Source of the DNA: Candidatus Dadabacteria bacterium
GTDB taxonomy: Bacteria; Desulfobacterota_D; UBA1144; Nemesobacterales; CSP1-2
NCBI GenBank assembly: GCA_963805855.1
Contig: CAWDVW010000005.1
Span: 352,001-416,000, forward strand
Length of the DNA: 64,000 bases
Direction of reading: 5' to 3'
Shown: positions 59,522-64,000 of the stretch, piece after piece
Position numbering within the stretch: the stretch's first letter is position 1
How the letters are laid out: every line of letters starts with the position of its first letter
Translations under genes and position numbers: made by a program
The notes under the pieces: model-generated
What the model was told of the DNA's origin: nothing
Databases searched by the model: none
The model's input: the letters and a program-made list of their open reading frames with translations, nothing else

Positions 59522-61375
59522 CTAGTTCACGGAAACGCGTTCAAGAATCCTGTAAACCCGATTAACCATGGTTCTTGGGTCATCGAGGAAACCAGCGGCA
59601 ATCAGCGCATTGTCGAGTAACTGCTCCGCCACCAGTTTAGCTAGATCAGGGTCTCTATCCTTTAGATCCGAGAGGTTTTTAATCAAATTATGTCTTGAGT
59701 TTACTTCGAGATTTACTTTGTAGCCCTCCTTTACTTCCTGCCGCATTGCCTTCATAATCCGTTTCATGGCCGGGGTCATAAATTTATCCGCGTTGAGTGC
59801 AATCACAGGGCTCTCAACAAGTCTTTTACTCATAGTCACTTCATTCACACTATCTCCCAAGGTCTCCTTAAGCCATTCGCAGAGCTTTTTCTCTGCGCCT
59901 TTATCAAGCGGTTCTTCCTTTGAGTCCTTCGTAATGTCGCCAATTTTTACCTCAGCGCTGTCGGCAGAGATAAGCTTTTTGCCGTCAAATTCTCTTAAAT
60001 TGTTCATCACAAAGTCATCAATCGGATCGTAAAGGAATAAGACTTCAAAATCCCGCGCCCTGAAGTACTCTAAGTGCGGTCCGAGTTCTAAGCTCTCGCG
60101 CGTTGGAGCATTAAGGTAATATATTTCCTTCTGGTCCTCTTTCATTCGTGAGACATAATCGGATAATGAACTTAATTTGCCTTTCTCGACTTGCGACGAT
60201 TCAAAGCGAAGCAATTTTGAAAGCTGCTCCCTGTAAGTCATATCAGTTGCGATCCCCTCCTTAAGGAAGAGACCGAACTTATCATAAAACTGTTGGTATT
60301 TTTCCTTGCTCTCTTTCGCCTCTTCCTCAAGAAACTTTAGGAACCTCTTTGTGATTACATCATTAATCTTCTGGACGAGACCGCTGTCCTGCATCGTCTC
60401 GCGTGAAATATTAAGCGGCAAATCTGCACTATCAATGACTCCCCTGACGAAACGCAACCACTCTGGAAGAAGTCCCTTTGGGTTTGAATCAATCAGAATT
60501 TTTCGGCAGTAAAGACTTACCCCCGGGTCTAAACGGATAAACCCCCATCGCTCCTGGTTTTCAGTAGGCACAAAGAGAAGGGAATTGACGGTGAGTGGGG
60601 CGTCGGAACTAAAATGGAGCTTGTAGAAAGGCTCGTCAAAAGCCTTTGCCTGGAATTTATAGAACTCTGCGTATTCCTCATCCTTAATTTCGTTTTTATT
60701 TCTCATCCAGATCGCCTGGACAATGTTGATGCGCTCACCGTTCAAGTTAATTGGAAATTGTACAAAATTTGAATAATGTGAAAGTATCTGCTTGACGTGC
60801 TCTGCTTTAGAGAACTCCTTTGCTTCATCCTTTAATCGAATTTCAATTTTACATCCGCGCCTTTGGCCGGAGGTTGCCTCAATCTCGTAAGCGCCAGAAC
60901 CGTCGCTGCTCCAAACAAGGTGCTCACCATCCTTTTTCCAATGATGTGTGTAGACCCTGACCGATTTTGCGACCATAAAAACACTATAAAATCCAACTCC
61001 AAACTGACCAATCAGATTATCTCCCACGTCCGCGCCCTTCTTAACAGCTTCCAAAAAAGCCTTTGAACCTGAGTGTGCGATCGTCCCAAGGTTTTCGATG
61101 AGTTCCTGCCGCGTCATGCCCACCCCGAAGTCCTTTATAGTGATTGTATTCGCAACATCGTCTGTGGAAATGCTTATTTCGAGAGGAAGATTATCATCGA
61201 AAATATCCTTGTCGGTGAGCTGAATATACCGAAGTTTTTCAAGTGCATCTGAGGCATTAGAGACGAGCTCTCTAATGAATATCTCCTTATCTTTATAAAG
61301 TGAATTTATAACTATATCTAAAACTTGCTTAACTTCAGCCTGGAATTCGTGTCTTTCAGGAGTCGTCTCTGTCAT
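59522..61375 (-). CDS. htpG: Molecular chaperone HtpG (Hsp90)
   Basis: FQAEV, IRELVSNASDA, NLGTIAHSGS, IGQFGVGFYS, LPLNISRE. Confidence 0.97.
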   Translation of the reverse strand: MTETTPERHEFQAEVKQVLDIVINSLYKDKEIFIRELVSNASDALEKLRYIQLTDKDIFDDNLPLEISISTDDVANTITIKDFGVGMTRQELIENLGTIAHSGSKAFLEAVKKGADVGDNLIGQFGVGFYSVFMVAKSVRVYTHHWKKDGEHLVWSSDGSGAYEIEATSGQRRGCKIEIRLKDEAKEFSKAEHVKQILSHYSNFVQFPINLNGERINIVQAIWMRNKNEIKDEEYAEFYKFQAKAFDEPFYKLHFSSDAPLTVNSLLFVPTENQERWGFIRLDPGVSLYCRKILIDSNPKGLLPEWLRFVRGVIDSADLPLNISRETMQDSGLVQKINDVITKRFLKFLEEEAKESKEKYQQFYDKFGLFLKEGIATDMTYREQLSKLLRFESSQVEKGKLSSLSDYVSRMKEDQKEIYYLNAPTRESLELGPHLEYFRARDFEVLFLYDPIDDFVMNNLREFDGKKLISADSAEVKIGDITKDSKEEPLDKGAEKKLCEWLKETLGDSVNEVTMSKRLVESPVIALNADKFMTPAMKRIMKAMRQEVKEGYKVNLEVNSRHNLIKNLSDLKDRDPDLAKLVAEQLLDNALIAAGFLDDPRTMVNRVYRILERVSVN

Positions 61376-61610
61376 TTTGTTATTGATCGCTATTAACTCT
61401 AAGGGTGATTACAAAAGAAAATCTACAACAAAAAAATAATATTCATTGCTTGAAAAAATTCAAGGATTGAATTTTTATGGAATAACAAAAATAGAGGTTT
61501 AATCTTAAAACAACCTGAATACCCGCTTAAACCAGAATAATCAAAATCTAGGATGAACCAGCATAGCACTCTTAATGATTTCATTCTTATTAATGTCGAA
61601 GATCCAACTT

Positions 61611-62069
61611 TCATTCATCATCCGGCGATTTTTTCCCCGCTTTGGCCGCCAGAATTCTCTTATCAAAATAATCAAAACCGATAAGTATTATAACAGTCAC
61701 TATTGATAACATAATTGCGGTTAAATAATGCCCAACACCGATTACTACACCGATTGCTGCTAATACCCATATTGTCGCAGCGGTGGTTACACCAATAACC
61801 ATCCCACGGCGTGCTAAGATAACACCCCCACCAATAAACCCAATCCCGGTAACAACTTGCCCGACCACTCGGGTAGGATCCGCACTCGGAGTAGTAAAAG
61901 AGGTTCCTATACTTACAAAAATTTGTGTACCAAGGCAAATCAGGATGCTCGTGCGCGCCCCGACAGGCTTATCCTTCAATTGCCGCTCGTAACCCACGAT
62001 CGCACCGCAGACAATAGCTACAAGAACCCCATACCAAAAACCGGGATGAATCAGGCTAAGATTTTCCAT
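61611..62069 (-). CDS. MgtC/SapB family membrane protein
   Basis: GYER...KPVGART, DPTRVVGQVVTGIGFIGGG, TTAATIW. Confidence 0.93.
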   Translation of the reverse strand: MENLSLIHPGFWYGVLVAIVCGAIVGYERQLKDKPVGARTSILICLGTQIFVSIGTSFTTPSADPTRVVGQVVTGIGFIGGGVILARRGMVIGVTTAATIWVLAAIGVVIGVGHYLTAIMLSIVTVIILIGFDYFDKRILAAKAGKKSPDDE

Positions 62070-62377
62070 TTATTCACATATATTCTATCATCATTATTCA
62101 TAAATTATACGATTCGGCTAGGTTTCGTCTCAATTTTTGATTAAATCGGTAAAGGAATGTGAAACTGCCCTGAAGCTAAAATCATCAATTTTACAGATTG
62201 TTCACTAACATAATAGATAGCCCAAAAATACCAGAGGAGACGATGCCGCGCAAAAAGCAAAGCGCGTTAAGCTAAATGTTGTGAATGAGCGCTTGCGACA
62301 TTAATGGTAATGGTAACCCTTTTTGTTACTCCATCCGGGGAACAATCAATAGTGCTCCTGCAAAAATCAAAGGGTCC

Positions 62378-63169
62378 TTATTCACCGCATAGCTCACTCG
62401 CTGCCACATTTTTAAAAGCAGATAGGAACCGAGTAACATTCAGGTTACGGCAAAGAAATGATTTCTGATTCCCCGTAACTTTGTTACGAACGATACCTCT
62501 ATTATAACCCGTTACATTACAAGCTTCCCTCAACGCAGCATCTTCGTTGACTGCCAAAAACTGTGAGACATTGGAATTTCGACAGATGTAAGCCTTTTGA
62601 TTCTCAGACGCAACCGACTTGGTATCCGTTAGCCAATCGACATAAAAATCGACATACTCACGAAATATTTGATCATTAGCATCGGTGAAGAATAGTGACT
62701 CGGACATTTCATCCGCAGGCTCGGGTTTGTCAGCCAACAGGTCTTCCTCGCCTGCATCGTCGTCGGTAATAGCTTTGAGGCCCTCTTCCAACTCATCGTT
62801 TTCGACCCCCGATTTCGCTTCGAGAATAATATATTCCAGGTCTTCAATTTCTGATTGAAGAACGCCTATTTCATCCTGTAAGTCACTGACTTTTATGTTT
62901 AACTCTCTCCTGGATTTTTCAAGTCCTATCAGCTCAGATACTAGTTGGTCTATACCACTTCTCTGGACATTATTTTGGTTTTCAAATGGCTCTATCCCCT
63001 TCTTATCTGCCATCTTGGGTGCTTGCTTTAGACCGACAGCTATCCTGACATGATCTAAAGCCGCCGCCAGCGGAGGAATCAGATCGCCCCTAAATGCCCA
63101 TGCAAGACTGACAGTAAATACAAAGGCCAAAACCGCCAACGATATCAAGAAATTATTTGTAACTCTCAT
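62378..63169 (-). CDS. Exported coiled-coil hypothetical protein
   Basis: Signal peptide, heptads, acidic linker, duplicated C-terminal motif NQK..(I/L)CRN.NV..FL...C. Confidence 0.7.
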   Translation of the reverse strand: MRVTNNFLISLAVLAFVFTVSLAWAFRGDLIPPLAAALDHVRIAVGLKQAPKMADKKGIEPFENQNNVQRSGIDQLVSELIGLEKSRRELNIKVSDLQDEIGVLQSEIEDLEYIILEAKSGVENDELEEGLKAITDDDAGEEDLLADKPEPADEMSESLFFTDANDQIFREYVDFYVDWLTDTKSVASENQKAYICRNSNVSQFLAVNEDAALREACNVTGYNRGIVRNKVTGNQKSFLCRNLNVTRFLSAFKNVAASELCGE

Positions 63170-63344
63170 TTTCTTGGATTCCCATCCATAGCCCTTAAAT
63201 ATACTATGGTGAAACTATTGTTACCCCATCAGCCCGTAGCTGTCTCCTGCGGTCAGCTGACATGTTACAAAACATATTCCAAATATCTCATAAAAGTATA
63301 ATTTATCAAAAGCGAAGATTCTACACCTAACTATAATTTCTATA

Positions 63345-63863
63345 TTAATTCAAGCTTTCCAGTATATCTTCCTGAAAATCCAGCATATCGTCACTCGGCT
63401 CGGGTGGGGAGCTATTGGCATTTTTATTTTCCGATCCTGATGATACCGCATTCTTTAGCTTTCCGGTGAAATCGAGGGTAGTTCCAGCATAAAAAACCCC
63501 TTCCAATTTGAAAACACTGCCGTCTTCCTCAATACTACATTTGCCATTCGCCCGGTAAAACCCCGCGTTCGGATCTTTAGTAAACATCTCGATTTCACAT
63601 TCTGTGCCTGATATTGGCAATCCCACCAGTCCCAACAGGCTTCCATCACTATTCTCCATCACAATGATCACTTCATCCCCATTTGAAGTAATTCCAGCGA
63701 TATTCGATTTTCCATCGGCAACAACCACCACAGTCCCCCCATTGAAATCGGAGTTTAATGGCGGAGCGGGATTGCTGACGACAATCACGGCTCCCCCACA
63801 TCCACCAACACTTGCAAACGCAATAAAAATTAATAAGCAACACCTGATAATTGAGTGCTTCAT
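63345..63863 (-). CDS. Hypothetical lipoprotein
   Basis: VGGC lipobox-like signal, beta-rich mature part. Confidence 0.65.
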   Translation of the reverse strand: MKHSIIRCCLLIFIAFASVGGCGGAVIVVSNPAPPLNSDFNGGTVVVVADGKSNIAGITSNGDEVIIVMENSDGSLLGLVGLPISGTECEIEMFTKDPNAGFYRANGKCSIEEDGSVFKLEGVFYAGTTLDFTGKLKNAVSSGSENKNANSSPPEPSDDMLDFQEDILESLN

Positions 63864-64000
63864 ATAAAAAACATAATCAAATATATTAAGAATAAATTTG
63901 ATAAATTAGGCGTAAACCTCTCAATCAATATTCTCTTTGAAATCAATATCGTAATTTTGAACAGAACGTCCGTCAGGATTGCGGCATTGGCGGCTTTGAT

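Noticed and set aside
61563-61590. CIRCE element upstream of htpG
   Set aside because: Only one half-site (TAGCACTC); the second arm does not match GAGTGCTAA
210-63867. Many short ORFs antisense to or overlapping well-supported genes or repeats (e.g. 12081-12578, 17136-17390, 23745-24032, 45209-45814, 58649-59071)
   Set aside because: Shadow frames with no recognisable motifs
1-64000. CRISPR array or cas genes
   Set aside because: No run of equal-length repeats with unique spacers; the 30-bp repeat has two copies 1.56 kb apart and the 21-bp repeat has two copies

Overview
About 40% GC bacterial chromosome segment. The gene set looks deltaproteobacteria-like (possibly Ca. Dadabacteria; inference only). 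It carries housekeeping genes (arfB, tricorn protease, tenA, hpt, recF, CDC48-like ATPase, pilD plus a two-component pair, hom, tRNA-Ala(GGC), coaD, rsmD, pepF-like, metF, htpG). Many genes are broken by single-base indels without in-frame stops, which suggests long-read assembly noise. Main signals not explained by the ORF track: (1) a 49.8-53.8 kb accessory island where frameshift repair reveals an AT-rich HEPN (RNYLSH) + AIPR-like two-gene operon and a GC-rich Fic gene, each block ending in the same 30-bp repeat (candidate anti-phage cassette array); (2) a local sigma-54 regulon at 29.4-43.9 kb, with five -24/-12 promoters each preceded about 84-89 bp upstream by paired TGT-N10-ACA-like sites, around an HK/NtrC-type pair and driving envelope proteins, an alternative sigma-70 and a double-glycine PA2779/C39 peptidase module; (3) three TetR operators linking tetR, an ECF sigma and a small exported protein, in a block flanked by REP doublets; (4) nested non-autonomous repeat elements; (5) a MauG/BthA-type di-haem enzyme with a long structured 5' leader. 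No CRISPR array, rRNA, integrase or transposase gene was seen.
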